The notes below the pieces were generated by a model. That model saw only the letters and a program-made list of their open reading frames with translations, was not told the origin of the DNA and ran no database searches. Below, piece by piece: positions 43,871 through 52,844 of a stretch of DNA of 64,000 nt. The translations under genes were made by a program, and so were the position numbers. Origin of the DNA: a candidate division FCPU426 bacterium (GTDB lineage Bacteria > Oederibacteriota > Muellerivitia > Muellerivitales > Muellerivitaceae); assembly GCA_963771075.1 (NCBI GenBank), contig CAVYSE010000003.1, positions 32,001 through 96,000 of the forward strand. Reading direction: 5' to 3'. Each line of letters starts with the position of its first letter. Positions within the stretch are counted from its first letter, which is position 1.

Positions 43871-44836
43871 TTATGCTTTCCATATCAATTCATTCCAAAG
43901 CTGGGAAGATAAACTCATTCTTTGGAGACATTCCAAAAAATCGATTGGGGGAGGCGTCGTAAAAACTTGCACCTCACCTGAAATGGGATGTTTGAGAGTC
44001 AATTTGAAAGCATGGAGCATTTGCCGGGGGGCCAATCCCGAATCCTCTCCATAGACCGCATCCCCAAGAATGGGATGCTTGATAAATTCCATATGAACCC
44101 GGATTTGATGGGTTCGGCCCGTCTCGAGTTTTAGGTAAATTAGGCTTGCTTTCTCATTCGCATTCAGGGTTTTGAAATGGGTGATGGCGGGTTTCCCCGT
44201 TTCGGCCCGCACCGCCATGCGGTTTCGAGCCGAAGGATGCCGGCCGATTGGAGCCTCCACCCTTCCTTTTTCATTCAAAGACCCTTTGACGATTCCCAAA
44301 TATTCACGGCTAAGTTTTCTTCCTGCCAGTTGCCGGACCAGGCTTCGGTAGGCCTTATCCGTCTTGGCGACCACCAATAGCCCGGAAGTGTCCTTATCGA
44401 TCCGGTGAACTAGCCCCGGCCTCTGAACTCCCCCGATTCCAATAATATCCGGACAGTGTGCCACCAAAGCATTTAAAAGGGTTCTGTCCGGGTTCCCCGC
44501 CCCGGGATGCACGACCAACCCGGCTGGTTTGTTGATCACCAGGATGTCGTCATCCTCAAAAAGAATTTCCAGTTGAATCGCTTGGGCCGGAATATCGGTG
44601 GAAGTTGGAGGGGGAATCATCACGTGGAATTTTTGCCCTTCTTCCACTTGTAAACTCGGCTTAATTTCTTTTAATGGAAACTCAGCTGACACCTGTCCAT
44701 CTTCGATGAGGCCGCGAATGCGAGTGCGAGAAAGATCAGTCAATTGGGCGGCCAGGAAAACATCCAGGCGCCAACCTTTTTGGGCAGCCTTCACGACCGC
44801 TATGATTTCTTGGGGTTCATGGGCAGGAGAGATCAT
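43871..44836 (-). CDS. rluD: RluA-family 23S rRNA pseudouridine synthase
   Basis: S4 domain RLDVFLA, NKPAGLVVHP, HRIDKDTSG, GRTHQIRVH and LHA motifs. Confidence 0.9.
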   Translation of the reverse strand: MISPAHEPQEIIAVVKAAQKGWRLDVFLAAQLTDLSRTRIRGLIEDGQVSAEFPLKEIKPSLQVEEGQKFHVMIPPPTSTDIPAQAIQLEILFEDDDILVINKPAGLVVHPGAGNPDRTLLNALVAHCPDIIGIGGVQRPGLVHRIDKDTSGLLVVAKTDKAYRSLVRQLAGRKLSREYLGIVKGSLNEKGRVEAPIGRHPSARNRMAVRAETGKPAITHFKTLNANEKASLIYLKLETGRTHQIRVHMEFIKHPILGDAVYGEDSGLAPRQMLHAFKLTLKHPISGEVQVFTTPPPIDFLECLQRMSLSSQLWNELIWKA

Positions 44837-44850
44837 GGAAGCAGGATAAC

Positions 44851-45684
44851 CTATTTCGACCGCAGTTGAACGTTTTTGGGGCGATGGCACCAGACACTCC
44901 ATACGATCACGGCCAAGGAAACCGCGATCAGAAGACCGCTGACGGCCTGGGACGCGGAATTAAAAAAGATGAGATAGCGTTTATCCCAGTCCCTGCGCCA
45001 AAACTCAATGACGAGACGCAAAATTCCATAAGTGAACCCGTAAAGGGATAGGCCCAACCAGGGATAACGGATGGTCCAACGACGTGCCCCAAGAAGTAAA
45101 AAGAAAAGGATCATGTCCCCGGCCAATTCCCAAAGCTGGGTGGGAAGATGCGGCAGATTGTCTTCTCCTCCTGGAAAAACCAGCCCATATTTGTTACTGA
45201 CCACCCCATAACAACATCCATTGAGAAAGCATCCCATCCGACCAATGGCTTGCCCGAGGGAAATATAAGGCGCCACCAAATCAAAAGAAAATGCCATCGG
45301 CCATTTCTCGTGCTGGAACCAAACCAGGGCCGCGATGACCGCCCCGAAAAGGCCGCCGTAATAGACCAATCCACCCTGCCAAATATAGAAAGCTTCCCAC
45401 CACTTTGCCGTGAACTCCTGATGGTTCTCCAAGACGAAAAAAAGTCTCGCGCCAACCAAGGAAGCGAAAATAACGCCAACCGCAAGATCAAATACTTTTT
45501 GAAACACCAACTCTGGATTTAATTTTACCTTGCCCGCGAGATTCCTTTTAGCGTCGTAGGCAAAGAGGGTGATGCTGATTCCCAAGGCCAAGGCCAGGCA
45601 TAGGCCATAGGAATAGAAATGGAGGGGACCCCAAACATGGCCCGCAAACGAGAAAGGGCCTAAAGAAAGAAGAATGGGATACAC
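44851..45684 (-). CDS. lgt: Prolipoprotein diacylglyceryl transferase
   Basis: GARLFFV, IWQGGLVYYGG, IGRMGCFLNGCCYG, PTQLWE and EFWR motifs; AGGAGG RBS before GTG 45684. Confidence 0.92.
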   Translation of the reverse strand: MYPILLSLGPFSFAGHVWGPLHFYSYGLCLALALGISITLFAYDAKRNLAGKVKLNPELVFQKVFDLAVGVIFASLVGARLFFVLENHQEFTAKWWEAFYIWQGGLVYYGGLFGAVIAALVWFQHEKWPMAFSFDLVAPYISLGQAIGRMGCFLNGCCYGVVSNKYGLVFPGGEDNLPHLPTQLWELAGDMILFFLLLGARRWTIRYPWLGLSLYGFTYGILRLVIEFWRRDWDKRYLIFFNSASQAVSGLLIAVSLAVIVWSVWCHRPKNVQLRSK

Positions 45685-45692
45685 AACGCCTC

Positions 45693-46265
45693 CTAGGTCG
45701 GGTCGCTTTTTGAATCGGAAAAATAGGCAAGGAATATCAAAATAATTCCCACCGTAATACAGGAATCGGCGAGATTGAAAATCCACGGGAACTTAACAAT
45801 GATACCCGGACCGGCAAGTTCAAATAACCATGGAAATTTCGTTGTGAAGTATGAATTGACATAATTTAAAATCCACGGAATTTTCAACGTAAAAAAGTGG
45901 ACTCTTTCAAAATCAATAAAATCCACCACTTCCCTTCGAAAAATCCGGTCCGCGAAATTGCCCATGGCCCCGCCCCAAATCAGTCCCAGGGCGAACCTTA
46001 AGACGTTTTTTTCCTTGGGAACAAAGCGTTGATAGGCATAGACCACGAAACCCGCGCCTAGGGTGATCAGGATAAAAAAGGGGATTCGCACCCAAACCCC
46101 CAGATGGGAAAAGAAACCAAAAGCGGCGCCCGGATTATGGATATAGGTCAGGTAAAGCACCCGGGGAACGACAGGAATCGATTGGTCTGGAACGCAAAAG
46201 CGCGACACCAGGAATTTCGAGAGCTGGTCCAGGATCAAGACCCAGAGTGAAACCTTTCGAATCAT
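45693..46265 (-). CDS. lspA: Lipoprotein signal peptidase II, paralog 2 (with insertion)
   Basis: DQLSK, NPGAAFG, GAMGNFADR, VVDFID and FNLADS motifs. Confidence 0.9.
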   Translation of the reverse strand: MIRKVSLWVLILDQLSKFLVSRFCVPDQSIPVVPRVLYLTYIHNPGAAFGFFSHLGVWVRIPFFILITLGAGFVVYAYQRFVPKEKNVLRFALGLIWGGAMGNFADRIFRREVVDFIDFERVHFFTLKIPWILNYVNSYFTTKFPWLFELAGPGIIVKFPWIFNLADSCITVGIILIFLAYFSDSKSDPT

Positions 46266-46744
46266 CCCGGTTCCGCCGCTTTCTCCTTTTGGCCCCTTAA
46301 ATAAACCGTAAGGAGGATCAACAAACCGATCAGGACGCAGGAATCGGCGATATTAAATACATACCACTGGAAATCTTCCCAACGTAAATCGATGAAATCA
46401 ATCACCCTGCCGTAAAGAAGCCGGTCTAAGAAGTTGCCCAACACCCCCCCCAGCACCAGGCCCAAACCCACCCGGGGAAGGTTCTTGTCGGGAGGTAAAA
46501 AATGTTGATAGGTATAAACGATGGCGAATGCGGCCAAGGTCGCGGCCACGAAAAAAGGGATCCTCACAATCGGCTCCATTTGGGCCATAAAACCGAAAGC
46601 CGCGCCGGGATTCTGCTTGTAGGTCAAAAAAACCGTGTTGAACAAAAGGGGTATCGACTCGTTCAATTGAAGCTGATGCAAAACCAGGAACTTGCTTGTT
46701 TGATCAAGCGCCAAGACAAGCATGGCGATACCCAGGAGGATCAT
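46262..46744 (-). CDS. lspA: Lipoprotein signal peptidase II, paralog 1
   Basis: DQTSK, NPGAAFG, GNFLDR, VIDFID and FNIADS motifs; ATGA overlap with ileS stop. Confidence 0.92.
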   Translation of the reverse strand: MILLGIAMLVLALDQTSKFLVLHQLQLNESIPLLFNTVFLTYKQNPGAAFGFMAQMEPIVRIPFFVAATLAAFAIVYTYQHFLPPDKNLPRVGLGLVLGGVLGNFLDRLLYGRVIDFIDLRWEDFQWYVFNIADSCVLIGLLILLTVYLRGQKEKAAEPG

Positions 46745-49593
46745 GCCTTCCCACCTCCCCGGGTGGTTGGCCATTCGCGTACCCGAGGTCCGCAACGATG
46801 GCAAATATCCGAAGTTACTTTGTCCATCTGCTCAACCGGGTAATAGTTCCAACAGCGTGCGCACTTTTGTCCGTTAAATTTGCGGGAAACAGTTTTAATT
46901 TTCAATTCCGAATCTTCCGCTTCCTGTGCATCCACCGGCGGGTTCCCATCCTTAAGGTTCACGGAGGAAACGAGGAAGTAATAACGCAATTGGTCCTGGT
47001 GCTTTAACAAGGATTTCCCGACTTTTTCATTGCCTACATAAAGATCGACTTCCGCTTCCAAGGAGCTTCCGATGACCTTCGCTTGCCGAAGGCCTTCCAG
47101 GGATTTCGAAACGGCCCTTTTCACCGCCAGAATCCATTCCCATTCCTGCTCAAAAACCGGGTCCACCTGGGAGTCCACCGAAGACCACCGGGAATCAAAC
47201 ACGCTTTTTTCCTTGTTTACGCGAAACTTTTCCGGCAAGGCCTGCCAAATTTCCTCCGCGGTGAAGGAAAGGATGGGCGCCACAGCGACGACAAAATGTT
47301 TCAAAATGTCGTAAAGAACAGTCTGGGAGGCCCGGCGGTCCTTGGAATCGGTCGCGTAAGTATAGAGCCGATCCTTCAGGATATCGAAATACCCCGCGCT
47401 CAAGTCCACGGAGAAAAACCGGTCCACCTGGTGGAATACCCTCGTGAACTGATATTGCCGGTAGGCATCCTCAATCCCCGCCAGCGTTTTTCGGGCTTCC
47501 ATCCATGCCCATCGGTCTAGGGCGGTCAATTCCTTTTCACCCACTCGGTGAAGGACCGGATCAAAATCCGAGAGATTTCCCAGGATGAACCGGAAAGTGT
47601 TGCGGATACGGCGGTAGGCTTCCGACATGCGGGTCAACATCACCTCACTGATGGATACATCTTCGGTGTAATCCTCCGAAGCCACCCAAAGACGCAAAAT
47701 GTCCGCGCCGTATTTTTTCACCATTTCTGTCGGATCGATCACGTTGCCCGCACTCTTGTGCATTGCCTTGCCCTGGGCGTCCAAAACCCAGCCATGGGTT
47801 AAGACTCCGGTAAAGGGTGCTTTCCCTTTCAGGGCGACCCCGGTCCAAAGGGCATGTTGAAACCATCCCCGGTGCTGGTCGCTTCCTTCTAAATATAGGA
47901 CATATCTATTTTCTTGCGGGCCGACAGCCTTCAACTCATCCCTTTGGTCCAAGACGGCAAAGTGAGAATTCCCGGATTCGAACCAAACATCCAAAATGTC
48001 TTCTTCTTTAATAAATTGAGTGGACCCACAATGACACTTATGGTCTGGGGGTAGAAGATCCGACGCCTGATGTTGGAACCATCCGTCGATTCCCTCTTTT
48101 TGAACCAGCGAGACAACGTTTTCAAGCACCGTTGGATTTCCCACCACCTCGCCGCAAGACTGGCAATAAATGGCCGTAATGGGCACACCCCAAGCCCTTT
48201 GCCTGGAAATGCACCAGTCCGTTCTCCCCTCGACCATGTTTCGCATGCGGTCTTTGCCCCAGGTAGGTATCCATTGCACATTCTCGATTTCCGCTAGGCA
48301 TCTTTTCCGCAAGTCTTTGTTGTCCAATTCGATAAACCATTGGGCGGTGGCCCTGAAAATGATGGGATTTTTCGACCGCCAACAATGGGGATAGCTGTGT
48401 TTCAGTTTCTCAACGGAAAGCAGTAGCCCCAATTCCTTGAGTTTCTCGACGATTTTCGGGTTGGCGTCCCAAACCGAAACGCCCTCCATTTCCTTGAAAC
48501 GGGAGTCATAGCGCCCCGCCTCATCCACCGGCGAGTAAACTTCCAAATGATATTGAAGGCCGATCTCGTAGTCTTCCCGTCCATGTCCGGGGGCGGTGTG
48601 AACCAAACCCGTTCCCGTGTCGGCGGTGACGTGGGGCCCGACCATGACCAAAGAATTCTTGTCGAGAAAAGGGTGCCGTGCCAGAGCTCCGTCCAGGGCC
48701 CGCCCCTTCACCTCATCCACGATCTTGATGTGGGAAGCGTTCCAACCGCAAGCTGCGGCCACTTGGGACAGCAAGACCTTGGCTAGGATGTAATTGTTGT
48801 CCCCAACCTGGACCGTCACATAGTCAAAATCCGGGTGGACGGAAATGCCCAGGTTCGCGGGCAAAGTCCATGGGGTAGTCGTCCATATAAGAAAGAAAAG
48901 GTTTTTCCGGGGAGTATTGGGGAAAACACCGCTGGGTAGGTCCTTGACCGGGAAAGCCACTGTGACCGACAGGGACTCATGGTCGGCGTATTCCACCTCG
49001 GCTTCCGCCAGGGCTGATTTGCAAACTGGACACCAATGGATCGGCCTCAGGCGCCGGGTGACATAGCCTTCCGAAATCAATTGGGTTAGGGCCCGAACCA
49101 GGGAAAGCTCATAAGCGGGGTCCATGGTCGAATAGGGTTTGTCAAAATCGCCCAATATCCCTAATCGTTTAAACTCCTCCTTTTGGCGTGCCAGGAATTT
49201 ATCGGCGTATTTCCGGCATTCCTTGCGGATCTCAATTTTTGACATCGTCTTGGCCCTGGAACCTAATTGCTCGACCACCTTGTGCTCAATGGGCATGCCA
49301 TGGCAGTCCCAACCCGGCACATAAGGCGTTTGTTCTCCCCGAAGGGCGTGAAACTTGACAATGATATCTTTAAGAATCTTGTTGAGGGCATGACCCATGT
49401 GGATATCCCCATTTGCGAAAGGAGGGCCATCATGAAGTATGTATTGGGTGGTGGAACCGGCGGACTGGGTTCGGCCTTGATAAAAACCAAAATTTTCCCA
49501 CAGTTTCAAGCGTTCGGGTTCGGTCTGGGGAAGGTTAGCCTTCATGGGAAAGTCAGTCTGGGTGATGTTGAGGGTGTGTTTGAAATCGGCCAT
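46741..49593 (-). CDS. ileS: Isoleucine-tRNA ligase (type 1)
   Basis: HDGPPFANG, HMGH, GWDCHG, WTTTPWT, WCISRQR, EGSDQHRGWF, AMHKS and C-terminal CARC/CHRC zinc finger. Confidence 0.97.
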   Translation of the reverse strand: MADFKHTLNITQTDFPMKANLPQTEPERLKLWENFGFYQGRTQSAGSTTQYILHDGPPFANGDIHMGHALNKILKDIIVKFHALRGEQTPYVPGWDCHGMPIEHKVVEQLGSRAKTMSKIEIRKECRKYADKFLARQKEEFKRLGILGDFDKPYSTMDPAYELSLVRALTQLISEGYVTRRLRPIHWCPVCKSALAEAEVEYADHESLSVTVAFPVKDLPSGVFPNTPRKNLFFLIWTTTPWTLPANLGISVHPDFDYVTVQVGDNNYILAKVLLSQVAAACGWNASHIKIVDEVKGRALDGALARHPFLDKNSLVMVGPHVTADTGTGLVHTAPGHGREDYEIGLQYHLEVYSPVDEAGRYDSRFKEMEGVSVWDANPKIVEKLKELGLLLSVEKLKHSYPHCWRSKNPIIFRATAQWFIELDNKDLRKRCLAEIENVQWIPTWGKDRMRNMVEGRTDWCISRQRAWGVPITAIYCQSCGEVVGNPTVLENVVSLVQKEGIDGWFQHQASDLLPPDHKCHCGSTQFIKEEDILDVWFESGNSHFAVLDQRDELKAVGPQENRYVLYLEGSDQHRGWFQHALWTGVALKGKAPFTGVLTHGWVLDAQGKAMHKSAGNVIDPTEMVKKYGADILRLWVASEDYTEDVSISEVMLTRMSEAYRRIRNTFRFILGNLSDFDPVLHRVGEKELTALDRWAWMEARKTLAGIEDAYRQYQFTRVFHQVDRFFSVDLSAGYFDILKDRLYTYATDSKDRRASQTVLYDILKHFVVAVAPILSFTAEEIWQALPEKFRVNKEKSVFDSRWSSVDSQVDPVFEQEWEWILAVKRAVSKSLEGLRQAKVIGSSLEAEVDLYVGNEKVGKSLLKHQDQLRYYFLVSSVNLKDGNPPVDAQEAEDSELKIKTVSRKFNGQKCARCWNYYPVEQMDKVTSDICHRCGPRVREWPTTRGGGKA

Positions 49594-49719
49594 TTTTATT
49601 CCAAATAAGTGATTTTGAAGAGGGAGAGCTTAACAAAAAGGCCTGAAAATGTTGAGAGGAAATTTCTTGGTATCCAGCGGGGTGGGTTTGGGCCGGTGAG
49701 CCACACGGCTGGAAAAAAC

Positions 49720-51000
49720 TTACGAACGGGATTCGCGAGGGACTCGCAGGATACTGTTGTCGCCTCCCTGGCCGTCATGGATCCTCTCTGAGCTCTTCGG
49801 ATCGGAAATCCACTCCACATCCTCCAACACAAACTTGTAATGGTAGGTTCCCGGGTTCAAGGACATGATGAAACGGAATGAACCGTCAGGCTGGCGTACC
49901 ATGAGGTCTTCATCCTTGTCCCAATTGTTGAAATCCCCGACCAGTGCCACGCGGTTCACCGGCCGGTAAGGATGGTAGGTAATAGTCACGTTGCTCGGCG
50001 GGCTATAAGACTCGACCCGGTTACGCCCCTTGGATTTGGCCGAGTAAAGGCTTTCGTCGGCGGTCTTGATCAGGGATTCCTCGTTGGAAGCGTCCACAGG
50101 AAAGGTCGCCACCCCGGCCGAAAGGGTAACCCGGCCTAATGGCTGGGATTCCATGTGGTCAAAAGGGGTCGTCTCGATCCGGCTACGGATCCGTTCCGCC
50201 AATTCGGAGGCCCTTTTGCGGCTCGTCTCCGGCAGGATCAGCACAAATTCCTCGCCCCCGTACCGGGCCACCACATCCACCTCCCGGGCCTCGTCCTCCA
50301 AAATCTGCGCCACTTTTTTCAACACCTCGTTGCCGGCCGGATGGCCGTTGGCGTCGTTATAGATCTTGAAATGATCCAGGTCAAAGATAACCAGGGAGAG
50401 TAGACGGTGATATCTGTCGGCGCGGACCCTCTCTTCCTTCAGCCTTTCCAGGAAGTACCCGAAGTTATAGAGCCCGGTCAAACGATCCGTAATGGCCATT
50501 TGTCTTGTCCGTTCATAGAGCAAGGCGTACTCGATGGCCAGAACGTCTTGGCCCAGGCTCTCCGAATCCCCACCCTGCCGCATGGCCCCATCAAAGAAAA
50601 CCAAGCCCAAACGGTTCAAGAGCAGGGTGACCTGCTCCAGCTTTTCGACCGTTCCCGACTCGGCGGGGCTTTCCCCCGCCGATACCTCGCTGGACAATTC
50701 CCTCAGGCTGTCCCGCAAAAGGAATAGTAAAAAAACCATGTCCGTCCCGGATAAACGGTTCACCGCCTGCAAGGTCTTGAGGTTTTGAACGATAGGTTTA
50801 AGGACCGCGTCAACGGCTTGTTCGGCGCTACCCTTTTTATCGACGATAGCGACCAGGTTGCGAAGAAGATCCCGTACCGCCCCAAAAACGGGAGTCTCGG
50901 TTCCCATCAAAGACAAACGCCCCGCCAAAGCCTCCCGGGTCATCTGCCAGTGGGCCCGAAGGCTTTCCATCCGGGTATCCAAAAATAGATTTAAGTTCAT
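49720..51000 (-). CDS. Diguanylate cyclase: RsbRD_N-like helical domain, GGEEF domain, C-terminal CBM48/AMPK-beta-like glycogen-binding domain
   Basis: DRLTGLYN, DLDHFKIYND, RxxD I-site (REVD), RYGGEEF; tail VALVGDFNNW...GTYHYKFV...WISDP...GGDNSIL. Confidence 0.9.
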   Translation of the reverse strand: MNLNLFLDTRMESLRAHWQMTREALAGRLSLMGTETPVFGAVRDLLRNLVAIVDKKGSAEQAVDAVLKPIVQNLKTLQAVNRLSGTDMVFLLFLLRDSLRELSSEVSAGESPAESGTVEKLEQVTLLLNRLGLVFFDGAMRQGGDSESLGQDVLAIEYALLYERTRQMAITDRLTGLYNFGYFLERLKEERVRADRYHRLLSLVIFDLDHFKIYNDANGHPAGNEVLKKVAQILEDEAREVDVVARYGGEEFVLILPETSRKRASELAERIRSRIETTPFDHMESQPLGRVTLSAGVATFPVDASNEESLIKTADESLYSAKSKGRNRVESYSPPSNVTITYHPYRPVNRVALVGDFNNWDKDEDLMVRQPDGSFRFIMSLNPGTYHYKFVLEDVEWISDPKSSERIHDGQGGDNSILRVPRESRS

Positions 51001-51058
51001 GGGTTCGTTCTTCCGTTTCCTATGGGAAATTTAAATGGGATGGAGGTCAAGGGCGGGG

Positions 51059-52576
51059 TCAGGGCTTCATCAAGGATTCGTATAAAACCATGTATTTTTT
51101 GGCGGTCGAATCCCAGGAAAAATCCTGCCGCATGTCCCTTTCCACCAGATCCGCCCAAAGCTTGGACTGGTGGTAGGCCTCCAAGGCCCGCCGTAGGGCG
51201 CCTAAGAACTCATCCCGCCGGGTATTCTCAAAGACAAAGCCCGTGCCCCGCAGGCCATCGGGCGAGAGATTCTCCACCGTGTCCGAAAGGCCGCCCGTTT
51301 TCCGGACCACCGGCACAGTGCCGTATTTCATGGCGATGATCTGGCCCGACCCGGAAGGTTCGAACCGGGAGGGCATGAGAAAAAGATCGCTACCGGCGAA
51401 AATGAGCTTGGCCAGCCGGTGGTCGTATTTCAGGTTCACGGCGAGTTTCTTCGGGTACCGGCCATGCCATTCCTGTAGCAAGTCGTGGTAACGGCTCTCG
51501 CCGGTTCCCATTACGACGAATTGGGCGTCCATTTCCACGAGATCTCCCATTGTTTCCGCGATCAAATCAAACCCTTTCAGGTCATTGAGGCGGGTGAGGA
51601 GGCTTACCACCGGAGTGTGGGGCTTGAACTCAAGGTCCTGTTCCTTCGTCAGTTTGCGTTTGGACTCGACCTTATGGCTGTGGTTTTTCATGGTGTATTG
51701 CGCTGGGATTTCCTTGTCGGAGGCCGGGTTCCATTCCGCGTAATCGACCCCGCTGAGGATCCCATGCAAGTCCATGGATCGGGTTTGAATTACCCCTTGC
51801 AGGCCGTGCCCCTCCTCATCCGTTTGAATCTGCTTTGCGTAGGTGGGAGAAACAGTGCTCACGGCCTCGGAATACACGAGACCGGCCTTGAGATAATTCA
51901 CTTGGTCGTAAAATTCCAGGCGTTCCGCGCGGAACTCCTCCCAGGGAAGCCCGGTCATGGGCAAAACATATTTCGGAAACAATCCCTGGTAAGCCATGTT
52001 ATGAACGCTAAAAAGTGTTTTAATCGGGGTATAAATCGGTTTCTCCCGGTAAAGGGTTTTCAAATAAGCCGCCACCAAGCTGGTCTGCCAATCGTTCAAA
52101 TGGATGATATGCGGAATCCAATTGACTGCCTTGAGCATTTCCAGGACCGCCCTGGAAAAGAAGGCAAACCGTTCGGCGTTGTCGAGATAATCGCCATCCG
52201 GGGTTCCGTAGAAACCGTCCCGGTCAAAATAACGGTCGTTCTTGATGAAATAAGCCATGCCGTGGGACTCGGTGAAATGGGTCGACAGGATATCGGCCTG
52301 CATATCCCCCATTCCCATGGGCACCGGAAGTCCCCGGGCCTCCAACTTGAAATCATACTTTTCATAAGAGACGGCGCGATAAAAAGGGAGAACGACTCTT
52401 ACATCGCAGCCCAGCTTTAATAGGGCGGCGGGGAGAAAATGGGAAACATCGGCCAATCCCCCGGTTTTCATGAAAGGGGACGCCTCGGAGCTGACAAAAA
52501 GCACCCTCATTTGGGAGGAACTGGTGGTTTTCGCCGAATGGGAAAAGGACTGTTGGATTCGATCAAAAATCGACAT
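51059..52576 (-). CDS. glgA: Glycogen synthase (GT5, ADP-glucose)
   Basis: KTGGLADV, DNAERF, HLNDWQT, HNMAYQG, TVSPTYA, MPSRFEP and TGGLSDTV motifs. Confidence 0.95.
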   Translation of the reverse strand: MSIFDRIQQSFSHSAKTTSSSQMRVLFVSSEASPFMKTGGLADVSHFLPAALLKLGCDVRVVLPFYRAVSYEKYDFKLEARGLPVPMGMGDMQADILSTHFTESHGMAYFIKNDRYFDRDGFYGTPDGDYLDNAERFAFFSRAVLEMLKAVNWIPHIIHLNDWQTSLVAAYLKTLYREKPIYTPIKTLFSVHNMAYQGLFPKYVLPMTGLPWEEFRAERLEFYDQVNYLKAGLVYSEAVSTVSPTYAKQIQTDEEGHGLQGVIQTRSMDLHGILSGVDYAEWNPASDKEIPAQYTMKNHSHKVESKRKLTKEQDLEFKPHTPVVSLLTRLNDLKGFDLIAETMGDLVEMDAQFVVMGTGESRYHDLLQEWHGRYPKKLAVNLKYDHRLAKLIFAGSDLFLMPSRFEPSGSGQIIAMKYGTVPVVRKTGGLSDTVENLSPDGLRGTGFVFENTRRDEFLGALRRALEAYHQSKLWADLVERDMRQDFSWDSTAKKYMVLYESLMKP

Positions 52577-52641
52577 AGACGCCTTTATTCGCTTTAAATT
52601 AAACGGAATTTATCAGGGATTGTGGCCGTCAAATTTTTGGC

Positions 52642-52670
52642 ATTATAGGTTTCGCGGCAGGGAGGGTCAA
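52642..52670 (-). promoter_or_regulatory. Near-consensus sigma70 promoter upstream of glgA
   Basis: TTGACC-17 bp-TATAAT on the minus strand. Confidence 0.75.
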
Positions 52671-52787
52671 GGAAAGCCCCAAACGTTCGTTGAATACAGC
52701 CTACTTTCGACAGGCATCAATCCTGACACAATATTATCTCAATGAAACCCGCTGAGTGGACCCCAGTTCATTCCCACCATGGATATC

Positions 52788-52821
52788 AAGGAAGGGCTAA
52801 AAAGGTTTTCAGCCCTTTCTT
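52788..52821 (-). terminator. Putative terminator hairpin after glgM
   Basis: aagggct/agccctt stem 24 bp downstream of the glgM stop; weak U-tract. Confidence 0.45.
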
Positions 52822-52844
52822 AATTAAAACAAGCAACCCCAACA

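Noticed and set aside
51485..52420. 311-aa plus-strand ORF and similar long antisense ORFs elsewhere
   Set aside because: Fully overlap well-supported genes on the opposite strand and carry no recognisable motifs
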